From positions 73,036,001-73,100,000 of the forward strand of contig OX597830.1 of assembly GCA_951406725.2 (NCBI GenBank): a stretch of 64,000 bases of DNA, in the 5' to 3' direction. This DNA is from Octopus vulgaris. Lineage: Eukaryota. Under the pieces are notes generated by a model that did no database searches, was not told the origin of the DNA, and saw only the letters and a program-made list of their open reading frames with translations. The position numbers were made by a program, and so were the translations under genes. Below are positions 28,114 to 40,635 of the stretch, in pieces. Each line of letters starts with the position of its first letter. The stretch's first letter is position 1.

Positions 28114-28259
28114 TAGGCGCAGGCATGGCTTCCCAACTACATGGTTCTGGTTCCAGTGCCACCGCGTGGAAACATAGGCAAGTGTCTTTTACTATAGTTT
28201 CGGGCTGACCAAGGCCTTGTGAGTGGATTTGGTAGACAGAAACTTTAAAAATTCCGTCG

Positions 28260-28319
<60 letters not shown>

Positions 28320-28520
28320 TTTGTTTGTCCCTCCACCATCACATGACAACCGATGTTGAAGTGTTTACGTCCCTGTAATCTAGCGGTTCGGCCAAAAATC
28401 CGATAGAATAAGTACTAGGCTTACAAAGAATAAGTCCCGGGGTCAATTTCGTCGACTAAAGGTGGTGCTCCAGCATGGCAGCAGTCAACTTACTGAAACA
28501 AATAAAAGAATAAAAGAATA
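28114..28520 (+). mobile_element. SINE family A, near full length
   Basis: Head, internal (TA)n(TG)n, tail GGTGCTCCAGCATGG...ACTGAAACA. Confidence 0.88.
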
Positions 28521-28867
28521 TATATATATCTTACATAGGAAAATGCGAACAAGAGGAATAATATTCTTAAGATTATAAATCTGGAAATGTACAGGACAAG
28601 TTATTACATCTGGTAAAGTACAGAACAAGAACATTTTTACGTAAAATATTGGAGCTACGAAAAAGTATCAAATAAAATATTTTCATTTAGAAAATATTAA
28701 CTTTTATTAAAACTAATTTTTTTTGTACAAGTTATAACTTCTATTTGTTATTATTTGTAAGTTCTATTAAAAATTTTAAAATATCTCGAATTATTTTTTG
28801 CACTTTAAAAGAATTCATTTTTATATTATTAATAAATATTATTAATAAATAATTAGAAATTTGAAAA

Positions 28868-29263
28868 TCTTTATATATAAAAGTAAGATTGTGTGTCTGT
28901 CTCCTACGGTTTGGTTTCCTAACTACACCCACATTTTGCGGTGCAGTTTAACCAAAACCGGGTATCTTATAGTCGTGATTCATATCGAGCCCTTCTGGGT
29001 ATTAGCGCGCGTCTACGATGAGACTACGATTTTTAAAAAAATTTACCATCAATTTTTCATATTTTTAATGCATTTTTGGCATATATAAGGGAAGTAACTC
29101 TCTAAAAATTTATTATAAAATCTCAGAACGTAAAAAGCTACAGTAACAGCCCCCCCCCTCTTTGGTTAGCCATATTGAAATGGCTATTATACTTTACATC
29201 ACTAAAAATGCTTATATAGTTATTTCCCTTACAAACCCGAGCAACGCCGGGCGATACTGCTAG
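28868..29263 (+). mobile_element. Non-autonomous Helitron
   Basis: A|TC 5' end, CCCGAGCAACGCCGGG hairpin, CTAG|T 3' end, no TSD. Confidence 0.85.
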
Positions 29264-29344
29264 TAGGTTATAAATAATAATAGTAGTAAATAATTTGTTA
29301 GTACAATAAATAGAATAATACAAAAATTAGTTATATATTCTGTA

Positions 29345-29560
29345 TAAACTTGTTTCTCTACGGAATTGTCTGTCTGCATGGGTTCCTTAATGCGTATATG
29401 CAGTTTTCTTGCCGTGCTTCCTATGTAGGATGCGCCACATTTGCAACAGATGATTTCATACACAACATAGGTCCTCTGGTACAATTCAGGGTCATTGATG
29501 GGGCAGTTCGACAATATGCACTCTTCAAGGTAGTGAGAGGTGTTGTTCTTGGACAGAGCT
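29345..29560 (-). pseudogene. Penelope-like GIY-YIG endonuclease fragment
   Basis: VVYEIICCKCGASYIGSTARKLHIRIKE matches the PLE motif VVYxIxCxxCxxxYIGxTxRxLxxRxxEH. Confidence 0.85.
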
Positions 29561-29762
29561 TTTCTCTGTGTTTGTGTTTCTCCCACCACCGCTTGACAAC
29601 CGATGTTAGTGTGTTTACGTCACCGTAACTTAGCTGTTCGACAACAGATACCGATAGCATGAGTACTGGGTTAGCAAGAAATAAGTCCTGGGGTCGATTT
29701 GTTCGACAAAAGGCGCTGCTCCAGCATAACCGCAGTCAAATGCCTGAAACAAATAGAGGAAG
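29560..29762 (+). mobile_element. SINE family A, 3' half
   Basis: GCTTGACAACCGATG...GCTCCAGCAT...CTGAAACA. Confidence 0.85.
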
Positions 29763-29873
29763 ACTAAAATTGACTATATATAGAGATGTGAAATATATAT
29801 ATACATATGCGAATGTGTGTATGTATAATATATATCTACCAAACTCTGTCTATCTACCTCTCTCTTTGTACAA

Positions 29874-29911
<38 letters not shown>

Positions 29912-29958
29912 ATGTATATATATACATATACGACCGATCTATCAATAGATATGTAACA

Positions 29959-30011
<53 letters not shown>

Positions 30012-30020
30012 GTATATATA

Positions 30021-30059
<39 letters not shown>

Positions 30060-30208
30060 TTCGTTTTTGGAACACACACATGTTTATCTACATAAGTACA
30101 TAATACATATACATAATATCTTTCACTTTATGCACATATATACATGTATGTATATATATACATACATATGTATATGTATATTTATATATGTGTATATATA
30201 TATACATG

Positions 30209-30241
<33 letters not shown>

Positions 30242-31413
30242 GTATATACATATATATATATATACGTGTATATATATGTATATATACATGTATATATATA
30301 CATGTATATATATGTATATACATATATATACATATATATACATATATATGCATATGTATATACACACATATATACACATACATATATATGATGATTTGTG
30401 ACATGTATTAATTACACATCTATATAAGGTTTGTATTTATATATATATGAATGTGTATCATATATGATTTATAAACGTATCTATAAACATATATGGCGGG
30501 TGGCCCCGTCTCTGTGCGTATATATGCGTCTTTGTGTGCGACCACGTTCGCGCAGACTCGCATGTATCTACGGAGCTGTTGAAGTATATCTTTTTGAGTC
30601 CCGTTTGGTTTCGTTATCAATTTACAAACACATTCATTGCAACCAAAGTAAATACGACCTTCAAACAGCGCGCTACGTTGTGATGTTTGTTATCCGGAAG
30701 TTATACATTTACCATTTTCCAATGTTCTATATAGTGTCGTAAATTCTGCGGAATATTTCCTTAGTAAGATTTCAGGAAAGTTGTTCATAACTCGCCTAAC
30801 TTAACATTCATTTTTCATCCAACCACATTCCTGCACATCCACCATTTCCCTCGCACACACTCTCCCCAACTCTTTCATTTCGTGTCTCCCCGTATATCTC
30901 TTTCTCTCTTCCTTTCTGTCTCTCCCTCTCTCTGTTTCTTCCTCTCTCTCTTCCACCCTCTCTCTCTACATTTCTTTCTTTATCATATATCATAAACTTA
31001 TTGTTCTTTGCTCTATATCACTTCCGTCTGTTTGATTTGTATACAATGCAGCAAATTGTTCGATAGTATTACTGTCATGGCGACGGGCCCACAGCAGGGA
31101 ATGATAAATAACTGTTGGTTTTTGTTGATCTTATTTATTTATATTGCTTTCGTTCTTGTTTTTTTTTTTTTTTTAGTTTTTGTCTCTGTTTCTTGTTTTT
31201 TTTTTTTACCCGCCAGATCAACCCAAACTGAGCAGATCTCTCATGAAACATATCCTCATATTGGCTATCCCGTCTTTTCAGACATACTGTAGCTATCTTA
31301 CACTTCTCTGTGTGAGAGTGAGCGTCTCTGTTGATGTGTGAATGTGTGTATATGTGTGCATGTACCTATATATGTGTGTGTGTATGTATATATATGTATG
31401 TATGTGTGTGTGT

Positions 31414-31656
31414 GGAGGCGCATGGCTTAGTGGTTAGGGTGTTAGCATCATGATCGTAAAATTGTGGTTTCGATTCCTGGACCGTTCTGTTCTTGAGCAA
31501 AACACTTCATTTCACGTTGCTCCAGTCCACTCAGCTGGCAAAAATGAGTAACGCTACGATGGACTGGCGTCCCGTCCTGCTGGGGAACACATACGCCATA
31601 GAAACCGGGATACCGGGCTCATGAGGCTGGCTAGACTTTAAAAAGGGCGCATTTAT
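31414..31656 (+). mobile_element. SINE family C, tail i
   Basis: A-box-like TGGCTTAGTGG, B-box-like GGTTTCGATTCC, CORE-like CTTGAGCAAAACAC, GATGGACTGGCGTCCCGTCC; matches 36634-36885. Confidence 0.88.
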
Positions 31657-31689
31657 TATATATATATATATAGGTGTGTGTGTGTGTGT

Positions 31690-31721
<32 letters not shown>

Positions 31722-32034
31722 AGAAAGTCAGACAGACAGACAGATAGATAGATAGACAGATAGAAAGATATCAAAATGAGCAACAAGGATATCAAGAGGT
31801 AATGCAGTACGATCGTTTCATGCAACTCCATTTAATTGAATAATGCAATCATTACATCAATTTAAAATGTAGAGCAATCTTCAGCAGCAAAAATACATAG
31901 AATTTAATTAAATTAGAACAGATGGATACATTAGTATAATTATACATAAAATCTCCAAGAAGTTAAGGAGATAGAGAAAGAACATGTTGTACCTACAACA
32001 GCATAGTCGTGATGACTGCATTCATAATTGTATA

Positions 32035-32440
32035 GGCACAAGCGTGGTTGTGTGGAAGGAGCTTGCTACCCAGCCATATGGTTCTGGTTTCAATCCCACT
32101 TAGTTACCTTGCTATTTGCTCAAGCATGGCTGTGTGATACGAAATTTGTTTTCCAACCAAATGGTTTTAAGTTCAATCCCACTGCATTTCATCTTGGACA
32201 AGTGTTTTCTACAATAGCTTCGGGTTGCCCAAAGCTAGACTGTACTTTTGGCAGATTGAAACTGAAAGAACCTCTATGAATATGTGTGTGTGTCAGAGTG
32301 TGAGTGTGTGTGTGTGTGTGTATGTGTTTGTTTTTGTGTGTGCGCGCGCACCTTTATGTTGGTATTTGTACCCCATCTCCACTGGACAACCGTTGCTGGA
32401 GTGCTTACGTCCCAGTAAATCAGCGGTCCAGCAAAAGTGG
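32035..32440 (+). mobile_element. SINE family A, degenerate, with a duplicated head
   Basis: Two successive head-like segments, then AAACTGAAAGAA, (TG)n and GACAACCG. Confidence 0.65.
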
Positions 32441-32459
32441 CCATTTTAAGTGATCTTTG

Positions 32460-33300
32460 AACGACAGGCTTTTACGCACTTTGGGAAAAATTATAGGATT
32501 TCATCAGATATGACGATAAATCTTTCCTTACCGTTTCTCATCCACCGCAATTGCCCAGATCTCCTCAGAATTGCTAGCTACAGTTTTTATGCGGCCACAC
32601 CACACCTCATTCCGTGCTATGACTTCCTCTCACCTTGCGGGAACTAGCTTCATTTCGTTTATACTCTTCTATGAGCTCCTCTGGGGTTTTTTCTCCTCTT
32701 GCTGAGCACGCTGTAGATTACAGCTTTAGGTATTCTTATTTCTTTATTGCTCACAAGAGGCAATAGAGGGGACAAACAAGGACATACAAAGGGATTAAGT
32801 CGATTACATCGACCCCAGTGCGTAATTGGTACTTAATTTATCGACCCCGAAAGGATGAAAGGCAAAGTTGACCTCGGCGGAATTTGAACTCAGAATGTAA
32901 AAACAGACGACATGCAGCTAAGCATTTCGCCCGGCGTGCTAACGTTTCTGCCAGCTCCCCGCCTTTATTTTCTTTCGGTATTCTGGAGTTGTCTATGCTT
33001 CAGGTGGTGCCTGTCCAACTGAGCTGACTGGGAAGCTGCATGGTTTCTATACTCGAGATGTTAAAGGAGTTCGTTGTTGGTGATGTGTTACATTCATGAG
33101 ATGACCATGAGGGAGCGAAGACATATCTGTTAGAAATGTTGCAGTAGCTTGTTCTGTTTCCTGTACGGCACACATTCGTCTGATCCACAGAGGAGTCTCG
33201 TAATCACAACTGCCTTAGTTGACAGATGCAGAGCAGAGTTGTGCCATACACGTTTCTGCATGTGTCTAAAGTGGTGCTGGCTTTGGCAATGTAAAGTTAC
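32460..33300 (-). pseudogene. Decayed RTE-clade LINE C-terminal fragment, interrupted by SINE B
   Basis: Minus translation CLRSLMVIS*..HITNNELL..SIETM...QLSWTG..SIDNSRIPK resembles RTE CLRxILxIxW..TNxE..SIE..QLRWxGH..RIPK. Confidence 0.7.
32737..32963 (-). mobile_element. SINE family B, tail type 1
   Basis: Full match to the family; approximate TSD CTTT(A/C)GGTATTCT at 32724 and 32972. Confidence 0.9.
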
Positions 33301-33321
33301 CTTCTCGAGTCACGTTGACTC

Positions 33322-33480
33322 ATAAGAGCCGGTTTCCCGGTTACATAGCGTATAAATTCCTTACGTGGCCGGGACGCCTGTCCATCGCAGGATTACTCAT
33401 TTTTGACTCAAAATGAGTAATCTGGACTGGAGCAACCTGGAATGAAATGCTTTGCTCAAGAATACAACACGCCCTGAGCA
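33322..33480 (-). mobile_element. SINE family C fragment
   Basis: Reverse complement of CTTGAGCAA...CTCCAGTCCA...GATGGAC...AAACCGG. Confidence 0.75.
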
Positions 33481-33563
33481 CAAAGCCACGCGTCTCCACT
33501 GACTTTGGCAATGCGGTTCTCAGTGTTCCTTTCACAGTTTACATCAACAGAAATGACACTCAA

Positions 33564-33794
33564 GGCGGCGAATTGGCAGAAACGTTAGCACGCTGGGCGA
33601 AATGCTTAGCGGTATTTCGTCTGCCGCTACGTTCTGAGATCAAATTCCACCGAGGTCGACTTTGCCTTTCATCCTTTCGGGGTCGATTAAATAAGTACCA
33701 GTTACGCACTGGGGTCGATATAATCGACTTAATACGTTTGTCTGTCCTTGTTTGTTCCCTCTGTGTGTAGCCCCTTGTGGGCAGTAAAGAAATA
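33564..33794 (+). mobile_element. SINE family B, full length, tail type 1
   Basis: 16-bp TSD AGAAATGACACTCAAG at 33549-33564 and 33795-33810. Confidence 0.93.
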
Positions 33795-33927
33795 AGAAAT
33801 GACACTCAAGCTGTAGGTGAAGTTTTCAGCTGTCCTTCGGGGCTGACTTGCGGTAGTCTGTATGTGGCAAATAGCATTTTCTGTCTATATGTGTATCTGT
33901 CTCTCAGTTTGTTTGTCTAACTGTCCT

Positions 33928-33988
<61 letters not shown>

Positions 33989-34543
33989 ATGTATGTATGT
34001 ATGTATGTATGTATGTATACATGCATGTGTGTGTCTACTTGTAAAAATGTCGCAGTACATTAAACATTTAAGCGAAGCTGCGTATAATACCGGTAAATAT
34101 ATTCACAGACGAATGCTAAAACGTCAAGTTTCTATCTATTTAAAGTGTCACGTTCATGTATTTCTCTGTGGACAGAAAGACTGGAGATTATCTGGCGAGG
34201 GGTTTGATTGTAATTGGAATCTTCGTCACTTATCTTGTATACCTTATTCTATATGTAATTATCAACGGATTTGTAAATCTAATTTGCATAATATTCAAGC
34301 TTCCGCTAGTAGCTACTTCAATTAAATGCCAATTGCGCATTAGTAGTTGAGTAAGGAAATTGATACATATTTGTACAGTTGCAATGCAATATTTAACGAA
34401 AGCTCTGCAAACTTATAAATAATTATATTAACAGTTCATTCTCTTCACCGTTCCAAGCAAACAGCGAGAAATTCACATGGAAATGAAGACGAAAGACTGA
34501 ATATAAGGATAAAAAACTAGAACATGACTGTGTTCTCATTACA

Positions 34544-34575
<32 letters not shown>

Positions 34576-34603
34576 ACACATCATTACATATTTGTCAGCC
34601 TAA

Positions 34604-34833
34604 GGCGGTGAGCTGGCAGAAACGTTAGCACGCCGGGCGAAATGCGTAGCCGTATTTCGTCTGCCGTTACATTCTGAGTTCAAATTCCGCCGAGGTCGAC
34701 TTTACCTTTCATCCTTTCGGGGTCGATAAATTAAGTACCAGTTACGCATTGGGGTCGATGTAATCGACTTAATTCGTTTGTCTGTCCTTGTTTGTCCCCT
34801 CTATGTTTAGCCCCTTGTGGGTAATAAAGAAAC
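34604..34833 (+). mobile_element. SINE family B, full length, tail type 1
   Basis: Best-preserved copy; the central CTTTCATCCTTTCGGGGTCGATAAATTAAGTACCAG resembles conserved central domains of metazoan SINE superfamilies (assignment not verified). Confidence 0.92.
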
Positions 34834-34890
34834 ATATATATCTATCAGCCTCTCTTTTTTCTATCACTCGCTCTCCCTATCTATCTATCT

Positions 34891-34961
<71 letters not shown>

Positions 34962-34963
<2 letters not shown>

Positions 34964-35288
34964 GGTGCATGGCTCAGTGGTTAGAGTGTCGAGCTTACGA
35001 TCGTTGTGAGTTCGAAACCCGGACCCGGCTGCGTGTTACGTTCTTGAGCAAGACACTTTATTTCACGTTACTCCAGTTCACTCAGCTGTAGAAATGAGTT
35101 GCGACGTCTCAGGTGCCAAGCTGTATCGACCTTTGCCTTTCCGTTGGATAACACTGATAGCGTGGAGAGGAGAGGCTGGTATGCATGGGCGACTGCTGGT
35201 CTTCCATAAACAGCTTTGCCCGGACTTGTGCCTGGGAGGGCGAGTTTCTAGGTGCAATCTCATGGTCAGTCATGACCGAAGAGGGTCT
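34962..35288 (+). mobile_element. SINE family C, tail ii
   Basis: TGGCTCAGTGG A-box, GAGTTCGAAACC B-box; matches 41577-41868. Confidence 0.88.
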
Positions 35289-35289
35289 C

Positions 35290-35329
<40 letters not shown>

Positions 35330-35334
<5 letters not shown>

Positions 35335-35857
35335 TAATAAAGAAAATAAAACACATGCATATATATAAACATATATGTACGTACCTACCTCTACATGTAC
35401 ATATACATGCATATATGAGTACAGGACACCAAAAGGATGTCGAACACAATGAGAAACGAAAACATAGACACAAACCAAAGGAACTGGACATTTATTTAAA
35501 AACAGCAAAAAAAGCAAAAAAATACACAAAGAAAAAACCCCTTCTTCAGTCGCTAAAGGTTTCATCTACTCTACGTTTCGAAGGATAAAAGCGAGACGTA
35601 TCTTCGACAAGAAAACTTTCCTTCCTACGAAAAGCAAATCAATTAAAATTCTGAGATCTTTTCGCAGAGGGGTAAGAAATGATAAAAACAGGTCAGTAAC
35701 GACAGTACAAATTGTAAACAGTAAAGGACAGGACAACAAAAACAAGATAAGAAGGGCTGTTGACGCCGAACGAAAAAAAGTATTGCAAACGCAGATTTTT
35801 TTGTGGACGACGAGCATAGCAAGAAGAAATGTCGTCCATTACCTTAAGAGACCCAGG

Positions 35858-35860
<3 letters not shown>
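35330..35860. mobile_element. Repeat family E (possibly Penelope-derived) between (TA)n tracts
   Basis: 35340-35490 is nearly identical to 56725-56877; contains CTTCTTCAG...ACGTTTCG. Confidence 0.6.
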
Positions 35861-35909
<49 letters not shown>

Positions 35910-36132
35910 CTGAGGTGTGTTCTGTTAAGAACGTATAAGAGTACAAATAGAGCTCGTTCACCCTTAGAATTCCCAAATAGCCGGCAGTGTTCTTATGGTA
36001 TGCTATCAATTCTAGGCTTAGGTATTCATCGTGTGTGAAAATACAAAGTAAAAAGTAAAAGAACTTCAAAGAAGAACCCACGGATGTTGTAGCATGGAAA
36101 TCTAGATTTACTTACGGAGACAGCAGCTGAGT

Positions 36133-36255
36133 ATCGCCTGAGGAGATACATATAGATTTTCTTATACAGATAAATCGATACATAATTTAATTTAAACTCC
36201 ACTTTTAATCCTGTCTATGTGAGGATCTCTATGTATCGAAACATTTGTACTGATT
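36133..36255 (+). ncRNA. Hammerhead-ribozyme-like motif with an extended helix II (candidate)
   Basis: CTGAGGA (36138-36144), arms GATACATA.../...TATGTATC, GAAA (36238-36241), CATTTG-TA; helix I imperfect. Confidence 0.45.
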
Positions 36256-36304
36256 AAAAATCTGCCTAAACTTAGTCTTCCTTTTGACTATTTTGCTTTT
36301 TACT

Positions 36305-36374
<70 letters not shown>

Positions 36375-36633
36375 CGTGCGCATACATACACACATACATA
36401 TAGAGAACAGACAGACAGACGTAAAACTGATACGTTTTCGGCCCAAAATTAGCCCGGGCCACCTGATACACACATACATACATACATACATACATACATA
36501 CATGCATGCATACATACATACATACATACATACATACGTACATACGTACATACATACATACATACATACATACATACATACACACAGACGTACATACATA
36601 TATATAAAAGTGTGTATACATATATATGTATGT

Positions 36634-36885
36634 GGAGGCGCGTGGCTTAGCGGTTAGGGTGTCAGCACCATGATGGTAAGATTGCGGTTTCGATTCCTGG
36701 ACCGGGCGACGAGCTGTGTTCTTGAGCAAAACACTACATTTCGTGTTGCTCCAGTCCACTCAGCTAGCAAAAATGAGTAACGCTGCAATGGACTGGCGTC
36801 CCGTCCATCTGGGGAACACATACGCCATAGAAACCGGGAAACCGGGCCCATGAGACTGGTTAGGCTTTAAAAGGGCGCATTTATT
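36634..36885 (+). mobile_element. SINE family C, tail i
   Basis: Match to 31414-31656. Confidence 0.9.
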
Positions 36886-36904
36886 TTTATCTTATGTGTA
36901 TGTG

Positions 36905-36973
<69 letters not shown>

Positions 36974-37693
36974 GCATATGTACGTTTGTGTGCATGTATG
37001 TATGCATGTATGTATATATGTATGTATGTATGTATTTGTGTATGTATGTATGTATGTATGAATATGCATCCGAGAAGTACAAGTATATGTCGTTACCATA
37101 ATGAACTTTCCTTGATGGAACTTTTACCGATCTCTTGTGATTTAAACTCCTTAAAGCATGTTTCTCCCCATGTATTATATAAATATATAAATGCCATAAT
37201 CTGGCCCAATACCAGTTCTTTGCTCGTCTATACTTTTACACACACACACACACACACACACATCATACACACTCATACACACACATCTGTTTCTGCTATT
37301 GTTGCTGTTGCTGCTCCATATGTTCGCCTGTGTGTTCGTATCAGCCCTGATAAAGCTGATCTGAATTTAATTGTGGAGGTTTTCTTGTCATTTGAGGGAT
37401 GTGGCGTTGTACATTATAATATATATTATTACGATATTTTGATTAAAATTATCTCTAAGAATTGAACTGGAAGTTTGCCATAGTTTTCGTTTAAACAATT
37501 CAAAACAGGAGACCGATAGACACTATGGAATCCATTGGATTATTCAATTCTGCCAAGATAACCTCATGCAAATATCACATCAACTGAGATGTCTTACTGT
37601 TATGGTCACCAGGGGGCTTGCATAACCTGGCATGTTGAATATGTAATACAGCGTTCTCTGTATCTATTTGAACGAACATTTATACTAAAGATA

Positions 37694-37921
37694 GGCGGTG
37701 AGCTGGCAGAATCCTTTGCACGTCGGGCGAGATGCGTAACCGTATTTCGTCTGCCATTACGTTCTGAGTTCAAATTCCGCCGAGGTCGACTTTGCCTTTC
37801 ATCCTTTCGAGGTCGATAAATTAAGTACCAGTTATGCACTGGGGTCTATATAATCGACTTAATCCGTTCGTCTGTCCTTGTTTGTCCCCCCTGTGTTCAG
37901 CCCCTTGTGGGTAGTAAAGAA
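37694..37921 (+). mobile_element. SINE family B, full length, tail type 1
   Basis: TSD ACATTTATA(C/T)TAAAGATA on both flanks. Confidence 0.92.
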
Positions 37922-37997
37922 TTACATTTATATTAAAGATATCACAGAAATGATACATTCGAATGTGGAAAAAGCAAAATTATAATATTAATAATTT

Positions 37998-38195
37998 TTT
38001 TCTACTATTGGTACAAGGACAGAAATTTTGGTATGGAGAGGAGGGGCTAATTGATTAAATCGACCTCAATGCTCAGCTGGTAGTTATTTTGTCCATCCTG
38101 AAATGATGAAAGATAGAGTTGACATCGGCAAAATTTGAACTCAGAACTCGAAGTATCAGAAGATATACTGGTGAACATTTTGTTCATATAGACAC
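37998..38195 (-). mobile_element. SINE family B, old copy, tail type 2
   Basis: TTCTACTATTGGTACAAGG...AATTTGAACTCAGAAC. Confidence 0.7.
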
Positions 38196-38199
38196 GATT

Positions 38200-38408
38200 C
38201 TACCACAAAAACATGAGACAGAATTAGATAATCTAGTCCAGTCTGTGCGAATTTTTTCAGATCATATCAAGATGGTGTTTGGATTTTCAAAATGTGCTTT
38301 TAGTGGTGATGGGAAAGGAAATGTTTGACAAAAGGGAAGGTATAAGAAGGCCAAGTGGTGAAATGATGATGGCAACTGAACCTGAATCGGGATATAAATA
38401 CCTGTACT
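38200..38408 (+). pseudogene. R4/Dong LINE RT fragment
   Basis: ELDNLVQSVRIFSDHIKMVFGFSKCA...GYKYL, typical of the FSxDIxMxFGxxKC...YKYLG region of R4/Dong RT. Confidence 0.8.
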
Positions 38409-38613
38409 GGAAGCAGAGATGCACATATCGTCAGCCACTAAGGGACATGGTCAACTGGTTAAGATCAAACAACTGACAAGCAAATCTGTGGTATTGAGCA
38501 GAATATTTGCTGTAGCCCATCTTTTATACCAAGACAAAACAATGTACATAACACTTCCAATCAGTTAAGATCAAAAGCCACTTGAAAGCCATTGCCTGGT
38601 ACTGCATCAGGGC

Positions 38614-38691
<78 letters not shown>

Positions 38692-38770
38692 TTTTTTTCT
38701 TCTTTCAAATTTGCTTCCATTTCTTGCCGAGTGTCTTCCCGACTCCTAGGGCAAAGAAACTCATAGTATA

Positions 38771-38859
<89 letters not shown>

Positions 38860-39306
38860 TATGTTTGACTTTTGCTTTACATTTGTACAAGTTGGCTCCA
38901 AGTCTCACCCAGAGACCTCAAGAGACAACAAGTTAGAAGTTCATGTTGGTGTTATGCCTAGGGTGCCATATATTTGGTTTTGTACTTAGTGTTGTTCAAG
39001 AGAATGCTTAAGAAACCATAAGAAAATTATGTTTGTTTTAAACCTTGAGATTACATAGAAAGTATTTTGCGTAGGATGTGAGCAGTTCCAATGAGCAATA
39101 TCTTTTGAATTTTTGCCATTTTTGGATTTCCTGGTATCTGAGCTTTGCTATCATTTCCAGGGCACCTATGACAACAGGTATTGTTTTAGTCTTCAGGTTC
39201 CACATTTTGCTCATTTCTATTTCAAGATCTTTATATTTGCTCAGTTTTTGGTAGGTCTTGACAGATACGTTTATATCGATTGGGACAGTCATATCAATGA
39301 GGAGGC
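38860..39306 (-). pseudogene. R4/Dong LINE 3' end (restriction-like endonuclease plus 3' UTR) within (TAA)n
   Basis: CLLIDMTVPIDINVSVKTYQKLSKYKDLEIEMSKMWNLKTKTIPVVIGAL; flanked by (TTA)n and (TCA/TTA)n. Confidence 0.88.
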
Positions 39307-39417
39307 ATGATATCTTCATCACCATCATCATTATTATTATTATTATCATTATTATTATCATGTTCATCAGCATTATTATTATTATTATTATCATGTTCAT
39401 CAGCATTATTATTATTA

Positions 39418-39605
39418 TTTGATGGAAACTCTCAATTTATTTTGCTGGATATAATGGAAAGTGTCAGCTGTCCACAGCCAGCAGTCTAAGGTGGAATTTG
39501 TTAACTAACTGGACAAGCTTCAAGAACCCTGCGAAGAATTCGTGCAGTTCCAAGCAATACTGATTTTTGTAGGAGTCTATCTTTACATTTGTACCAATCT
39601 TTTTT
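39418..39605 (-). pseudogene. Second R4/Dong 3' end
   Basis: LQKSVLLGTARILRRVL C-terminal motif; the 3' UTR runs into (TAA)n. Confidence 0.8.
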
Positions 39606-39645
39606 GATTCGTGTAGTTATTATCATTAACATCATTATTCTTCTT

Positions 39646-39744
<99 letters not shown>

Positions 39745-39844
39745 GTCATTGTTGTTGTTATTGTTGTTTTTCTTGCTGTTGTTGCTGCTTTTGTTCTTAT
39801 TGTTGTTATTGTTGTTGTTGCTATCGTTGTTGTTTTATATACGC

Positions 39845-40478
39845 ACAACACATCTGACTTTTGGTAGGAAATTCTAACATCGGGCTGCAACAAATAACCT
39901 TAGATGCCAAGAACCTTTCGAAGTATCCTAGCTGCTCCCTAATAATACTGCACTAAACAGGTTTTATGCCTATTTCCACTATCCATCTGCTCAAGTCTTA
40001 AGAAATGGTTCTAAATACATCTACGACTACAACGATACATTTTACTTGCTCTTTCAACAACCTGTGTAACTGAATGGATAGGTCCTGATATTTTCGGGGG
40101 GTTTTTTCTCTCTACCTCTCATATTGTCTTTCTCATCATTTTGGGGAGTAAAGTCAATTACATGGCACTTTCTATTCCTTCGTCTACTACTACGAAATCA
40201 GGTCTTCTAATATCTATTACTCTTTAAGTCTGACTGTTATAATCTCACATCTCTCTCTTTACTCTTTTACTCTTTTACTTGTTTCAGTCATTTGACTGCG
40301 GCCATGCTGGAGCACCGCCTTTTTAGTCGAGCAAATCGACCCCGGGACTTATTCTTTGTAAGCCCAGAACTTATTCTATCGGTCTCTTTTGCCGAACCGC
40401 TAAGTGACGGGGACGTAAACACACCAGCATCGGTTGTCAAGCAATGCTAGGGGGACATACACAGACACATAAACACAC

Positions 40479-40543
<65 letters not shown>

Positions 40544-40599
40544 TTTTACTCTGCTATGTATTAGTACCTTATACTGTGGTTAACCCCGAATCAACCCGG

Positions 40600-40635
<36 letters not shown>

